In this document: positions 1-13,417 of the stretch, piece by piece
Layout of the letters: every line of letters starts with the position of its first letter
Numbering within the stretch: position 1 is the stretch's first letter
Source of the DNA: Tubiluchus corallicola
Taxonomy: Eukaryota > Animalia > Priapulida
Direction of reading: 5' to 3'
DNA: 64,000 nt
NCBI GenBank assembly: GCA_030141605.1
Contig: JAQGDQ010000133.1
Coordinates: forward strand, 124,001-188,000
The notes under the pieces: generated by a model
What the model saw: the letters and a program-made list of their open reading frames with translations, nothing else
The model's database searches: none
What the model was told of the DNA's origin: nothing
Made by a program: the position numbers and the translations under genes

Positions 1-3000
1 ATGTGCAAAAAGGAAAGAATCTACATTCGAGACAGAGATATGTTGGATCGGCATCCCAGTTTACAATCTAGAATGAGATCTATATTGTTGGACTGGTTAA
101 CTGAGGTTTGTTTCATTTTATTCCATTTTAAATAAGTTGCTTAATGATAAGTGTATTGTAATTGTAAGAAAGCATGTCCTTCATTTTGATCTACCATTTT
201 TTTTATTTTCTTAGGTATGCGAGGTATACAAATTGCACAGGGAAACATATTACCTAGCTGTGGACTACATTGACCGGTATTTAGCCTCTGAAGAAAATTT
301 GCCCAAACACCAGTTACAGTTGACTGGCATCACATCACTATTTATAGCTGCAAAATTAGAGGTAATACTGGTCGTTAAAGTACACTAAAAAGTATTTTGT
401 ACGGCATCACCATGAAAATATTCAAGCTGTAAGGGTATAGTGAAGTATTTAGAAAATTTGGAGTGCTTACTTGGAGGAACCAATTGAGAAATAGTTTGAA
501 ATTGAATAGTAATTACATTTTGGAGCAGTTCTGTGCCTCTCAGATGCAAACTCGTGTGGCTTTGTTTTACTAATGAGTCATTGCTTATTGTGTTGAAAAA
601 CCCTGATGGATGCCTTTCTATATAAACTTTTAACTAGCTATGCATTCAAGAGCATTAGGGGATTCACAGAATAGCTCAGTGGTCGCAGTGTGTACACAGT
701 AGTCAAAGTCAAGCAATGTTGAGCCTGGTCAATAAATGGATGGGTGTGTGCTACAAAGTTTCATCTGCCACTTATCTCGATAAAACACGTTGTGTACATC
801 ATTTTTGATTCTTGGCTGTCGTTGATAGATAGCTAGATTCTGGCCCTGTCATGATTATTAGTTTTTTGCGTGATTTAACCTGGATTTTGACTTGCAAAAT
901 GTCGAACTGTAAATGGTTAGTATCCCACGAGAAACTACTACAGTGTAATGTATAATAATATACTATATCACAAGTTTATGAGCTGTCTCTTGAGTGGCAT
1001 ACAAGTTTTATATCACATTTGTGCCCGTTGCATCCCGCCAATCTTCGGCCTCTTATATGTGGCAGCCTATCAGATTTTTTTTCCAATGTTAGATTTGCAT
1101 ATTAACAATTGAACATTCCATTGTGAAACGTAAATATATATAAAAAAACTAAAAAAATTTCAACTAGTGATGGAATGAACCTCTAATTTGCTGAATGAAG
1201 CCATCGCCGAACCTTTCATTTTAGAATCAAGTTGAACTGGATCGTGTGTTGAAATAAGAAATTGCTGGCTGAGCTGAACAGATGCAGAACCAAATTAGGT
1301 TGAACAGTACATTGTTTTCCTTATTGGTCATATTGCAAAAAATGTACAAAATTTGAGAGGGGATCTTTATCTTTTGTACTTAAACTAAAAATGTTATCAT
1401 TGCAGCTCGAACTGAACTGCATCTGAACTTGTATGCTGGACTATTAATATTTTATCAAAAAAGCATTATGAAACTAGGAACAATAGCAAAATTTTACAGC
1501 CAAAAAGAAAAATTTGGCGTCCACAAATTTAAAAGGTAGAACACACAAGTGTACTGCGCAGGGCACTTTTTTAACATTACACTTTTGCTGCTGCTTGTGT
1601 TTTGCATCTACTGTAGGTTTATCGCTGCTGCGAGAAATTCTAGGCACTTGATTATTAGTATGATTATGATGTAGTATGATTATTAGAGTTAATGTATTAT
1701 TAGAGTTAAAGTTTCTTTGCCACATGCTGATTGAGTAACAAAAATACTACACTAATTAACGAACAGAATCTGGCAAGCCGAGTAAAAGCTGTGGGTTGAA
1801 GAAAGTCAAACAAGAGTGCTGAATTATCATTGCCGGGCCAAATCAAACCGAATGGTTGGTCCCATCACTATTTTCAATTTAAGTACTTCTTACCAGTGGA
1901 GCAGATACACTTGAGCAAGTTAAATCACAATTAACCAATCTGGGCTGTTACACGGTGGCTGTTTAGAAGAATCTTGTAATAGAAGTCTTGTATCACTCAT
2001 AATAAGTAATACAAAATTAGATCTTGCATTTTGGCCAATCAGAAGTATAGATTTTTTCCTAATTTTGGACAACATGTGTTACAATAATAGAAAGCTGACA
2101 GTGACATACTTAATCACTTATTTTATTTAAACAAGTAGAAATGATATTTAAAATTGTGTATTTATATTGTAGGAAATTTATCCACCAAGACTTAAAGAAT
2201 TTGCTTACGTAACCGATGGTGCATGTACAGAAGCTGAAATCCTAGATAAAGAGCTTATTGTATTAAAGGTAAGTCGATAGGTGTTAGCGTTTCTCATGAC
2301 ATTGAACTTTTTATACAACTCCTTTAACTCTTTTAATGTTGGTTCAGATTGGGTCAGTTTAACGGCAATGATATTTTGCCACTTATTTTCTCATTTAACA
2401 TTAATTCTGTTTTATGTTGAGTTTCACTTTTCTTACCATATTGAAGCCATGTTTGCTGCGCAAAAAACAATAATTTAACTTAAATTTGTAGTGGTCTTTA
2501 TTATGGAGTATGGCTTGATTTAACAACATTTCACATTATACCAGAAGTGACAGTGGGTCTTTTCAAAGATTTGTATGTCCATATTAACATTTGTCAGCTG
2601 TACAGGTCACCGTGAGTTGTGCACCTGCAGTTTGGTGCATCTTTTTAGTAAGATATCATGGTGTGAAGTCAAATAATGTGTGATTTTGCAAAAATTGTTT
2701 TTCTGTCGGTTTTCCCTCTCGGTATGTGCACAGCCAGCACTTCCGTCCATGCTCTTTATGTTAATTGAATGTTTGGCATCATTATTTTTTGTAAAACTGA
2801 TTGAATTTGAAAGACCAATGTCAATTTTCTATGTGAATTACGTTTTTGTGGTGGGATAGCATATTTACGGTAGTGTATTTTGTGAATGTTAGCCATTGAA
2901 ATAAAATGTTGAACAGTTATTTAAATCTTGCCATTACGATAAATTTACATGTGATAAATGCTGGTGAGAAATGCAACACACATCAGTAACACCTGTTTTG

Positions 3001-6000
3001 CCGCAAATGTGGGAAAATTAGGGTTTGCTTTATGTATTGTAAAATTGATAAGGTCGTAAATTCTTGTACTGAGAAAAAGGTTTTGCCTGTTTCACTCTGT
3101 AAATTGTGTCATCTTCTAAACTAAAATGCCACTATGTTTTTTGGCTGGTTTGGTTGTTTTTTAAAGGACAAGAAAAGTGGAGTTTAGTGTGAGTTTCAGA
3201 AACATACATTACGAAACATGTTACATGTACTTTGTCATAATGCTTATGCAAATAAAGTACTCAAGTTTAGGATTTGGTCAATGTCTGTTTTAGCAACCAA
3301 ATCAACGTTTTGGCGCTTGACTTGTTTCATTATAGTAAATCAATTAGTTCGACTGGGTAGTGGGGCTACTGGATCTATGACATTTTGAGCTTTCTTGACA
3401 CCTAACCTACGACAGAGTTTCTTTTTACAAAATGCTGGTTAAGTAGGAATTCTTGAAACTATAGGTAACTTAGGATATGTAAAGAAAACGTTTTTGGTAT
3501 TACATTATATCAAACATTTTTAATTATCAGGAAATCATACAAATGTTTTTTCGACATACTGGATCCGACTATTACCAACAAATTTTGACGCTATGCATTA
3601 GCTTCAAGCTTACGACGTTATTTATAGGTAATATACCTAGGGCAGTTTAGCAGAATGATTTAAAATGAAAACAAATCAAGACTTCTCTTAGCGCAAGTAT
3701 TTTGTACACATGTAACTATAATTAAATTTGTATTTTTTCAAGCTGGTTTTTCTGAAATTTACATTAAAAACCCTTTTTGGCAGCCCTCTAAGTTTGTTCA
3801 AGAAGTTTAATTTTGAATTCAAATGGATGATTTGCTGGTTACCTGGAATGTGAAATTTCAAGATTCTTAAAATTTCAACATTCAAGACTGCTTTGTATTG
3901 TGTTATTGTTAATGTTCACTACCCTTGTGTTTAGATGTTAAAATGGGATTTGACGCCAATGACAGTCAATTCATGGCTAAATGTTTATCTCCAAGTAACG
4001 AACTTAGAAAACAGAGAGGGAGAAGGGGAGATGTTCGTAGTACCACAGTATTCACCTCATGTCTTTGTGCAGGTAGCTCAGGTACGTTAAGACTTTTTAT
4101 GGCAACATGTAATTTATGATGCATTGCTAAAATGAATAAATTTTTTTTTGTTTTTCTGCAAAGTTCTTTTGCTGAACTAATCCTTTGTCTACTGCATTTC
4201 TTATTATAACTAAACTTTTTTCTAAAGACATTTATGTATAAAAAGAGTAAGCCGTTTGCACATTTAGATGTAAGAAGACAATGCACTGAAAATAAAAAAT
4301 GGAGGTGTTTAATGTGTTATTAACTTCATTTGTTCCCATTGAAATCAAAGCTTGAAGACACATTTTTTTCCCAAAGAATTTACATTGATTTTGCTTGGGA
4401 AACTTTGGAAAGCACAAATTTGATGTTTGATGCGACTGTGCAGTAACAGCTTACCCACGATGTTTTGCTGCACTTTGCTGGACAATTTAGCAATTTGAAA
4501 AAATGCAAAAGCAACTGTCAAAGCATGAAGAGCTAAACAGGCTGTGGGCAAAATAGGTAACTAGTGGAAAGTGGTTGTCTGAAATAATCACACTGTGGCT
4601 GTTCCAGTCCTTTTGCAGAAGATATGGTGACCACAGACCCAAGTGCATCAATTCCTTATACCAAACTGTAAATCTAGAAATGCTCACACACTGTCTAGAC
4701 AGCCTACAGTATGGACGGTATAACATGAATGAAGTTTTGTTGATTATCACTATTTTGGTGATGATAATTGCAGTGAGATATTCTTTCCAACTAACATCTG
4801 TTATACTTCATTTCAGTTGATAGATTTAGCAATGCTGGATATTGGGTGCTTACAGTTCTCATACAGTGTGCTAGCTGCTTCAGCAATCTACCACTTATCA
4901 TCACAGCATGTAGCACTAGGAGTTTCTGGTAAGAATATTCACTAGTGGACCTTAAGTGAAGGAACTGGAAAATTGGTATTTTCTGAAAATTTAAAAAGGG
5001 CTGTCTTTGTGAGCAAGCCGCACGAACCCCAAAATCTGTAGAATCTATCAAATTGCCAGTTGTCAACATCATGCTGAACTGTTTAAAAAATTACAATAAG
5101 AAATCAAGAAGCTGGAAGCATGACATTTTAGTACGCTATTTGTACAACTTTATCAGTTTATGCACACGATTTAGTTTAATCATTATGAAACTTTATTAAC
5201 ATTTGAACTACCAAGGTTGATGAGGATAGTGTTTACATGAGTTGCAAACAACAGACTTGCTACCATTACCTATGACTTGCAGGCATTGGTTACGAGTCAC
5301 CATCAATTAAGAAATTTAAGTCATTTCCTAATTACAAAAAAAACAAATACCGGTGCAGTTCACATTACATGCAGAGTTATCGTTGCAATAAATATTCAGT
5401 TATTACATCCTGTAAAGTGAAAAGTTTTACCAGCTTTAAGGAGGCATGAACGTTTTTGTTTTTGCCCTTATCTATCAGACTTACTTATAATTTGCACCTG
5501 GCATTGGGTCAGCTACATAAACCTGTGCAGTAAACACTGTACAGCACAGGCAAATAACATTCTATATACTTTTTATGTGAATATTGTTAAATGTAATAGC
5601 CCCTTGTTGGTGACTTTTTTAGTGATCTGAAGTACTTTTTTAAAAAACTAAAAAACAATTTCGTTTGGAGAACTAACCTCTAAAAAAATTATGGCTTGTT
5701 TTCGTATAATATCTGTGCTACTGTGCTTTTTCTGCAGTAGTAGTTTGATTTGCCATGTGCTTGCTGGTTTACAATTTGCTGATTTTAGATTAACTTAAAT
5801 GTAAACACTTAATTTTTTTGCTTTTCTAGCTGTGGGGTTGAAATACAGTAGCTAAAGAAATAATCATGCGCGATATTTATTACCTGATTAGAATTATCAG
5901 GTCGTGTAATGAACAGTGTGGATAATTAATCGAGGATGCGAACTTGGCTGCGTTATATAACTTATAAGGGTTATCAGGAACCAAATCTGATTTATGGAAG

Positions 6001-9000
6001 ATAAGCAGAGTTGCATTTCATTGTAGATTTTCTGGGACTTTCTCTGATAGTGCGAACAGATTTAACAGATTTACTAAATAAACTTTTCTAATAACCTTTA
6101 GACTGTAGTTACAGCTTTGTATCATACAAAATTTGGGCACTAAGTTGAACAAGTATTGTTAAAAGAACCAGAAACAATTATCTGTTGTTTTGGTTATTTA
6201 TGTACTATTTAAAAATTCATGGAATTGGATAGGGCTAATTCTAAAACTACGTTCTTAAAGAGTGTTCTTAGTGTCTTCTTGTCAACTTTAATAGGAGGTT
6301 ACTTCTTATGTGCCAAAGAAAACTACTTTCTGTCAATATTGCGGAAATTTAGAAATTACCTAAAATGATGGCTTTTAATGAACACAAGTTTAGGAAATAT
6401 AACAAGGAGTATGTGTCACAAGACTCACAACTGTAAAGCTTTATATATATACTATGTGCTGTTGTTTGTGTTTATTGATAATTGTGGTTTGAACTTTAAA
6501 GTTAAAGATAGATGTAGGAGCCAATATTTTTGGTACCTGTTGTGATATTGCACAAAGTCTTCTTGTAACCAATATGTTACTTTTTTGTAGGTTTCAGTTG
6601 GCAAGATATTGCTCAGTGTGTTCACTGGATGGCGCCGTTTGCGGTGACAATACGAGAGAGCGGTGGAACTGAGCTTAGGCTTTTTCCAAAAATTAACCCG
6701 GAAGACAGTCATCATATACAGACACACGGCGTGGACCTAATGTTATTGGTGGGTATCCCAAAACGTTATGATATTACCCATAGCAGTGCTGTGTTCAATG
6801 CCCTGCATACAATCCACATATTAAACACAGAAAGCATGTTGAGGTACTTTTTTAATTCAAGTAATTAACGATAGGAAGAATGAATCCATTGTTATTTAAT
6901 TTTTCAAGCTAAACTTGACTGAAAGTAAGAAATATGAAAGTGCAGGACTGAGCCTGGTTTGACCCCACTAGAGGATGCGCGGCCTGACAAGTACAGGGCT
7001 GTTGAGTTGGAAATCTGATAAAGATGCACAATGTCAGAGTCCAACTATATTTAGCTAAGAAGTGGTGCTGACACGCCACTGACCAGTATTTATGCTGGTC
7101 ATTTTATGACCATGCGTCTTGTTACCTGCAGCTTTCTCAGTTTATGTGCTGGAGATTTGGAATGGAGAATGGTTTCATATTTCACCAGAATACATGAAAT
7201 GCCAAGAAATTAGAATTCGATCACTCAGCGTTAGAGGTTCTAGAAATGACATCAAAAAAGGAATCTTTAGCCAATGATTTAGAGAAGTATAAATTATTTT
7301 AGCAATACAAGAAACATACAGAAATACAAAGAAACTGATTATTTTGACTAAAATTGTAAATACAAAGTATTTGTTCATGGGAATGAGAAAAACTCACGTG
7401 CGGGTGTTGGTTTTGTTTATTTGTCAGATTTCCCGTGTACATTTGATATTATAGGTACCAGAATAATTGCACTAAAGACAACGGTTGGTAAGAAAGAATT
7501 CACAGTTTTGAATAGCTATGCTCCAACGTTAATAACTAGTGAAAAAGATCCGAAAGTAAGAGAAAATTCCTATGATGAGCTTGGTAACTATATATAAAGT
7601 CATATTTTGATAATTTGCGGAGATTTTAATGCTAAAATCAGAGAAGTGCTTAGCCAACTTCCAAAAACCTAATGGCAAGCAACACAGTATTCCAGCACAA
7701 ATATGCGCATGTAACAGCTTGGCACAACACACGTAAGAATAAAAAAACATGGAAAAGCGAACCAAGGACAAATCCCTATCAGGAATCAAATCGACTTTGT
7801 GCTAGTCAGAAAATGGGTAATCTACTCAAGATCATACTCTGGCACATTGACATACACGGACCATTCCCTGGTAATGGTGAAGATGTCGCTAAACTGGGTG
7901 AATATGTGGCACAAAAAATGTCAAACAAAGCACTAGATGTACAGAAATTAAAAGATTCAAATGTTTTAAGCAGTTGTCAAACCAAGTTTAATGGAAATTT
8001 AAGTGGAGAGCACTTTGAAACTGATGTTACTCAGAAACGGAAACAATTTAAAAAATCAATGAAGAATGTTGCTGCCGAAGCCATTGGATACAAAGAACAA
8101 GAAGAAAAGAGATCAAGTGATGAAGAAATTGTTAAATCAGAGTCAGAAACAACTGAAATAAATACTTCATACGAAAAATTTATCTGAAACTGATGAACTG
8201 GAAAAAGAATAATAATATCCTGAATCAAATTCACTAAAGGCTAAATGAAATCGTCTACAAAAAAGTCTTTTTTTGAAGTGCTTATTTTCTTTTATTGAAT
8301 TGCTTGAATACATGGAAAGTGCATTTCGCAATGAAGCCTCAGCATTTAACTGTTCAGTCCATCACCCACGGGTCAAAGGTCAACAATCTTGGCATAACTT
8401 ATATCATTGAGTTTGTCTCATTGAGGCCTTTCATTTGATATACAACAACCTACTTTTGGTAGACCCTGGAAGGCAGTTGTCTCCTCGACCCCCATTTTGC
8501 CCCTAACTGAGTCATAGGTTAACAATTCACACTGTAACCTATACCATTCATTTCGCCTCATGAAGACCTTTCATTTGATATGCTACATGGCACCATTCGT
8601 AGACATCGATGTACTTCAGTTCCCGACCCCCGTTTATCAGTTTTTGCCCCCTAGCGGGCTCGCGGGTTAACTATTCTCATTGTAACCTATGCCATTCGAT
8701 CCGCCTCGTCGAGACCTTTCATTCGATGTGCTACAAAGTACCACTGCTCAACACTCGGTGCACTTCAGTTCCCGAACCCCATTTTTCAGTTTTTGCGCCC
8801 TCTAGAGGGGTTGTAGGTTAACCATTTTCATTTTAACCTATGCCATTCGACTTGCCTCATCTAGACCTTTCATTTCATATGCTACACGGTACTATTCGTA
8901 GGCACTCGATGCATTTCTGTTCCCAACCCCCATTTTTTGGTTTTTGCCTCCTATCAGAAAATTTTTCCCTTTCCAAATCACCCATATTTTGCCATATCCA

Positions 9001-12000
9001 ACAACTTGGTCCCACCTAACCACATACCAAATATTGTCGCCCTTGCTCAAAAACTGTGGGAGCAGATGGATCCTAAAGAAAAATAAATGAAGACCTGACC
9101 GCTCCATGACCTTTGACCCAGCAACTCGGGTCACGTGTATACGTATATAACTTTGGCCAGAGAGTGTACCCTGTGAGTTTTATAACCCTAGCACTCAGCG
9201 TGTAAAAGGTGTAGCACAAATTTTGCATTTTGGCCCCTCACTCAGGCGTTTAAAGCTTGTCGCTTTTTAAAACCCCAGGTGCACACCTGCCCCACAGGAC
9301 CCAAATACTTGTGAAAAAAAATGGAAAATAACGAAAGCCCTAGAAGGAGTTGAATCAAAGGAAAAACTGACCAATGCCAACTGTCCTTCCCCATGACCAC
9401 TGGTCAGCAGTTGCTATACAGTTGTACGTCTCCCGCCCAGCTCTACCAACCGTGTGAGTTTGGCAACTCTAGCTTGCAAGGCATACGAGTTATTAAGCAT
9501 TAAAGTGGCAGAGAATAAATATATAAATAAATATCTCAATGAAAAACAGTAAGATTTTGCTATGGCAAAACCTTAATTAACAAAGCTGAAACTTATCACT
9601 TTTTACAACGGATGAAGTTAAATTTGCAGCTAGGTCGTTAAAGAACAGGATTGACGAAATAAATGCAAAATTACTTAAGTGTGGAACAAATGTACTTTAT
9701 GAATCAATGACAACAATGTTAAATAATATTGCTGAAACAGGAATATTTCCAAAGAATCTTCAAAAAGGCATTCTTATACCGCTGCCAAAACTGGGAAAAA
9801 AGAGAGGAGCAATAGTAAATCTAAGACCACTGATGCTATTAGCCATAATAAGAAAAATTCTAGCAATATGTTTACTCAACCGTATATATAACAGACTGCA
9901 TCTGTGTATTCCTAAAAGTCATGCAGCTTACCAGCCTTGTTCAGACTTGCAAGATACTAGCAGAAAAGCCATCTCTTCAACAGATTATTCAATATACACA
10001 TTATTCATGGACATGTCCAAAGCATTTGACTCAGTTCAAGGGAAAACATTGCTGCACTCTTTACAAGAAATACTTAATCCTGATGAAATTCATATGATAT
10101 CAATATTATTGGAAGATCTTCTAATTAGTGTTAGATGTGAATGCAGACTGAGTGACTCATTTTCTTCAATTAAGGGAATTCCTCAAGGAGACTGCTTAAG
10201 TCCTGTTCTCTTCACTTTCTGCCTAACTATAGCATTAATGGACAGGAACAGTATACCCAGAAAAGAACTTTGTGACCACAACTATGCGAGTCTGGATCCA
10301 GAAAATCTACTATCGGGAACAGAATTAGAACACAATTGTGCTAAGGAAACGAAATATCATAGAACCACAGACCTGCAGTATGCTGATGATATTGCATAGA
10401 TTGCAAAAACCAAAGATGAAATATATGATGTCAAAATCAAAATAGAAACAAAATTAAAAGAAATGGATCTCATACTAAATAAAGATAAAACAGAACATAA
10501 AAAGGAACGGAGATGATGTGTGGAGAAAATGCAAATACTTGGGCAGTCTTCTAGCAACAGATGAAGATATACCGAGAAGAAAAATCTTAGCACTAGCTGC
10601 TATTCCAAATTAACAAAAAAATTTGAAAGTGAGAGGATCAGTTTAGAATTGAGAACCTTTACTGCACTTGTGGAAACTGTATTTTTCTACAACTCAGAAT
10701 TATGGATCGTCAAAGCACAACGCAAATCAGAAATTGATGCATTTCAAAGAAAAAACTACAGGGACATTTTAGGAATAAAATGGCCAAAGAAAATGTCAAC
10801 CAGGATCTGTGTAACAAAGTCAAGCAGAGGAATGGACAGTTAAAACCAAAAGGAGAAGATTAAGATATAAGATGTTATACGAGTACCATATGACAGTCCA
10901 TTAAAATTAGCTTTCAAAGAAGCATTGCAGAAAGAAAAGAAACTAATGTTTGTAAGTTCTTTAAAAATATGAGTATATAAAATGCTTTAGCAGTACTGCT
11001 AATATTAATTAGGCGCACACAGGTTAGGGTGCTAGAAACCAATGAAAAGTAGCTTGATTTTTTTTTGTGTCTTCTATCAACATATATGGAGTTGAAGTAA
11101 TTGGGCAAATAGAGGAGTCAGAGGTACCAAAAATAGGTGTTGTAACCGGAGATTTTGTATACCAGCTCCACAGCTCTGCACTTGTTCTTAATTCAGTCCT
11201 TATAGTTAAAGAAACCAATAAACTTCCAGTATCAATTTTGCATTTCAAAGTCTGCCTTTATTCACACTAGAGAGTAATGCGTAACTAAGTAAAACAAGTT
11301 TTGTAATTAATTTGACCTGGAATTTATCCGAGATTATTAATTATTAAGATTAATTTTAAGATTATTTTTATTAGTTTCAGTCTCAACTCAAAGATTCGAG
11401 ATGGTGTTCAACACCAGGCTCAGTCTCGCCTTGTGACATTTCCTTTGTTTTGATCAAGTTTGTTTTCAAGTCAATAACTGTGGGTTTTTTCCAATCACCA
11501 CCTAATAATGTTGAGATTATTAGGATTAATTATATTAAGATAAGTAATTTATAAATAAATTGCACTTGTTTTTAGGAACGAGCACAAGCAAGGCAAGAAG
11601 AGGTTATACAGTCTTCCCGCTCCAGTCCTGTTATGGGTGCATCATCTGTAAGCGGTAGGTTATGCTCTATTTACACACCTCTCTAGCTGATATTTGGCTC
11701 ATTCCCTAGGCTGTTAGGATTTGGCCTTGATAATGAAATTTAAATGATACTGGGGGTTGTCAGTGAAAAGGTGGATGATCTCTTATTTCAGTAAATTCTG
11801 TGAGAGGTTTCATTCATCATACTGATTTTGCCCGTTTACCTATTTACATCTACCGTGGCACGTATGCGCATCTGAACGGGGTTGCAATGTTAAATGCCTT
11901 AGCTAGATTATAGACTATAGATTATAGGCACAATCATCCGACGTTCATCAAGCTTTGCTACTGAATGCTGAACTTTGGCAGCCAAATGAGAAATTCTGTG

Positions 12001-12473
12001 CTAACTGCCATGTTAACTTTTTGTTGTAACATCAAGTTTAAATTAGAAGTACTCAGGAAAATCAGTCATAAAGACATGTTTGTGTTAAGTTTGACAAAAA
12101 AACTTATGGAGTACGGCCCAATTTGTGAGTGTTCTAAACTGACAAGTTTGGCAATACTTGCCGGAAAAATTAATGCAGTTAGATATAAGCTTAGAAGAAA
12201 CTGTGTTAGTCCGCTTTGGCATGTCCATAACTGCTTATTTCATATCTATTTTTTCTTTTTGTTGTCCATGAACTATAAGATTGTAGTTATTCAAATTGTT
12301 TTTTAATATTGTTACAGGAAAACTGTTCTGCAAGTATATTACGTATTTGGGTGTATTTTCTTCTTACTTGATTTTTGCTAATTCCAGATGCAATTTTGAC
12401 ACCGCCAGAAAGTAACAAAAAGCACACTTCTGTTTCGAACATGGACATAGTTCCACAAAACTCTGGTCTATAA
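1..12473 (+). CDS. CCNE: G1/S-specific cyclin E (5'-partial; 8 exons visible, 309 aa)
   Basis: Exons 1-105, 215-361, 2173-2268, 3935-4081, 4817-4928, 6591-6748, 11576-11654, 12388-12473 join in frame over GT-AG introns. Translation includes the cyclin box [34 protein letters not shown]...[17 protein letters not shown]...YVTDGAC, the cyclin-E-type HHIQTH, and a C-terminal LTPPES. The N-terminus probably lies upstream of the window. Confidence 0.95.
657..1070 (+). mobile_element. SINE-like element with tRNA A-box head followed by a 5S rRNA-derived segment
   Basis: TAGCTCAGTGG (672-682, tRNA A-box-like) is followed by AAAGTCAAGCAATGTTGAGCCTGGTCAATAAATGGATGGGTG (705-746), which resembles the 5S internal control region, then GTTTCATCTGCC shared with the copy at ~43.8 kb. 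The 3' boundary is approximate. Confidence 0.55.
1165..1870. mobile_element. hAT-type non-autonomous DNA transposon (MITE), degenerate
   Basis: TIRs TAGTGATGGAATGAACC / reverse complement of GGTTGGTCCCATCACTA; flanks ATTTCAAC and TTTTCAAT (6/8 match, decayed 8-bp TSD); GAAC-rich subterminal motifs. Confidence 0.6.
8260..9578. mobile_element. Non-autonomous element with ~150-bp tandem core and terminal hairpin (Helentron/HINE-like), nested in the LINE
   Basis: Interrupts the LINE between EN and RT. About 4 diverged core units begin GGT(T/C)AAC at ~8378, 8517, 8665 and 8816. Terminal imperfect hairpin AAGATTTTGC-TATG-GCAAAACCTT at 9551-9574. The left boundary is uncertain. Confidence 0.55.
9707..10399 (+). 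pseudogene. Reverse transcriptase fragment of the LINE
   Basis: The ORF track shows RT motifs ([19 protein letters not shown]) with a premature stop immediately after YADDIA. Confidence 0.88.
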
Positions 12474-13365
12474 AAATGCTATTTCTAAAATAGCTGAAGT
12501 TGCACTAGTTCAAAAATTGACAGTTTTGTTTGGCAAAGCCAACATTCTGATTCATGTGAAAACCGTCGACGGGCAAACAGCGATCAGGAATGAGGAAGTA
12601 CCTCTGCTGGGGTTTGTGTCATCAGTTTTTGAGAGGTTTATGCATTTTCGTGTGTGAGGAATCAACATTGTCTCAGGAGTGTATCATAGATATCAAAAAA
12701 ATATGTACTAATGGGTCCGGAGGTAAGCCAAACAGAGTGGGTTGACGAATTTTGTGCAACTTTTTTAAAAATTCGTGTGATATGTGGCCTCAAGTTCTTA
12801 CTGGTGATATTCAATATGAGATGGCTCTAACTAAATTTTATCTAAAGTCAGGTTAATCGTCTAACTGTTGTATATTATGGATATTTGTATAACATTTTGA
12901 TGAAGTGGTTAGTCCAATGTATTTAGATCAGGCAGTAACTGTCTTCCCACGCTACCATGGAACCTAAGTGTCTTTCAATACTAATACTTTGTTTGTCATA
13001 GATTTTCAGTTACGCACAAAGTAGTTGACTAGTTGTATATATCTAGTGGAGGAGACAGTCTCCTCCTTTTTTCAGAACAATCTAGATTTTCTAGGGTAGT
13101 TAATTAGTCATTGCTGGATATAGACAATGTGTACAGGAAAAATATGGGAATGTTTCCATCTCGTATTTTTAGCTATAATTACAAGAAAACGAACTTCGTT
13201 TTTTAACGCATTGCACCCAGAAGAATAGTCTTGTTGTAGCTTTAGTTGTGGAGATGTTTAATCAAAACTTTTGACACTGCCTGTTTAATGTTGTTGTAGT
13301 TGCTCATTGCAAAATTATTGTTTTACTGTGTATGTATTGCATTTGCTTTAAATTTTAATGTACTG

Positions 13366-13417
13366 TTGACATACGGAGTAAGTAATTTTCATTGACATAC
13401 GGAATAAGTAATTTTCA
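13366..13417 (+). repeat. 26-bp tandem duplication in presumed cyclin E 3' UTR
   Basis: TTGACATACGG(A)(G/A)TAAGTAATTTTCA twice, with one mismatch. Confidence 0.85.

Larger units (their letters stand above)
6940..10960 (+). mobile_element. Decayed non-LTR retrotransposon (RTE-like LINE: APE endonuclease + RT) in cyclin E intron 6
   Basis: Frameshifted endonuclease motifs AIQET (~7300), AGVGF (~7400), SYAPT (~7515), GDFNAK (~7620), NQIDFV (~7785). The RT ORF 9707-10399 carries [23 protein letters not shown] and QYADD, followed by KYLGS and an RTE-like C-terminus ([14 protein letters not shown]). Boundaries are approximate. Confidence 0.85.

Noticed and set aside
1-3. ATG at position 1 as the cyclin E start codon
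   Set aside because: It aligns to an internal Met just before the cyclin box; cyclin E normally has a long N-terminal extension, so the gene is probably cut by the window edge.
705-746. Functional 5S rRNA gene
   Set aside because: Only a partial, diverged 5S-like segment without the 5' half or an oligo-T terminator; interpreted as a SINE head.
8378-8950. CRISPR-like or other repeat-spacer array
   Set aside because: Units are ~150-bp diverged tandem copies with no unique spacers, there are no cas genes, and the context is eukaryotic.
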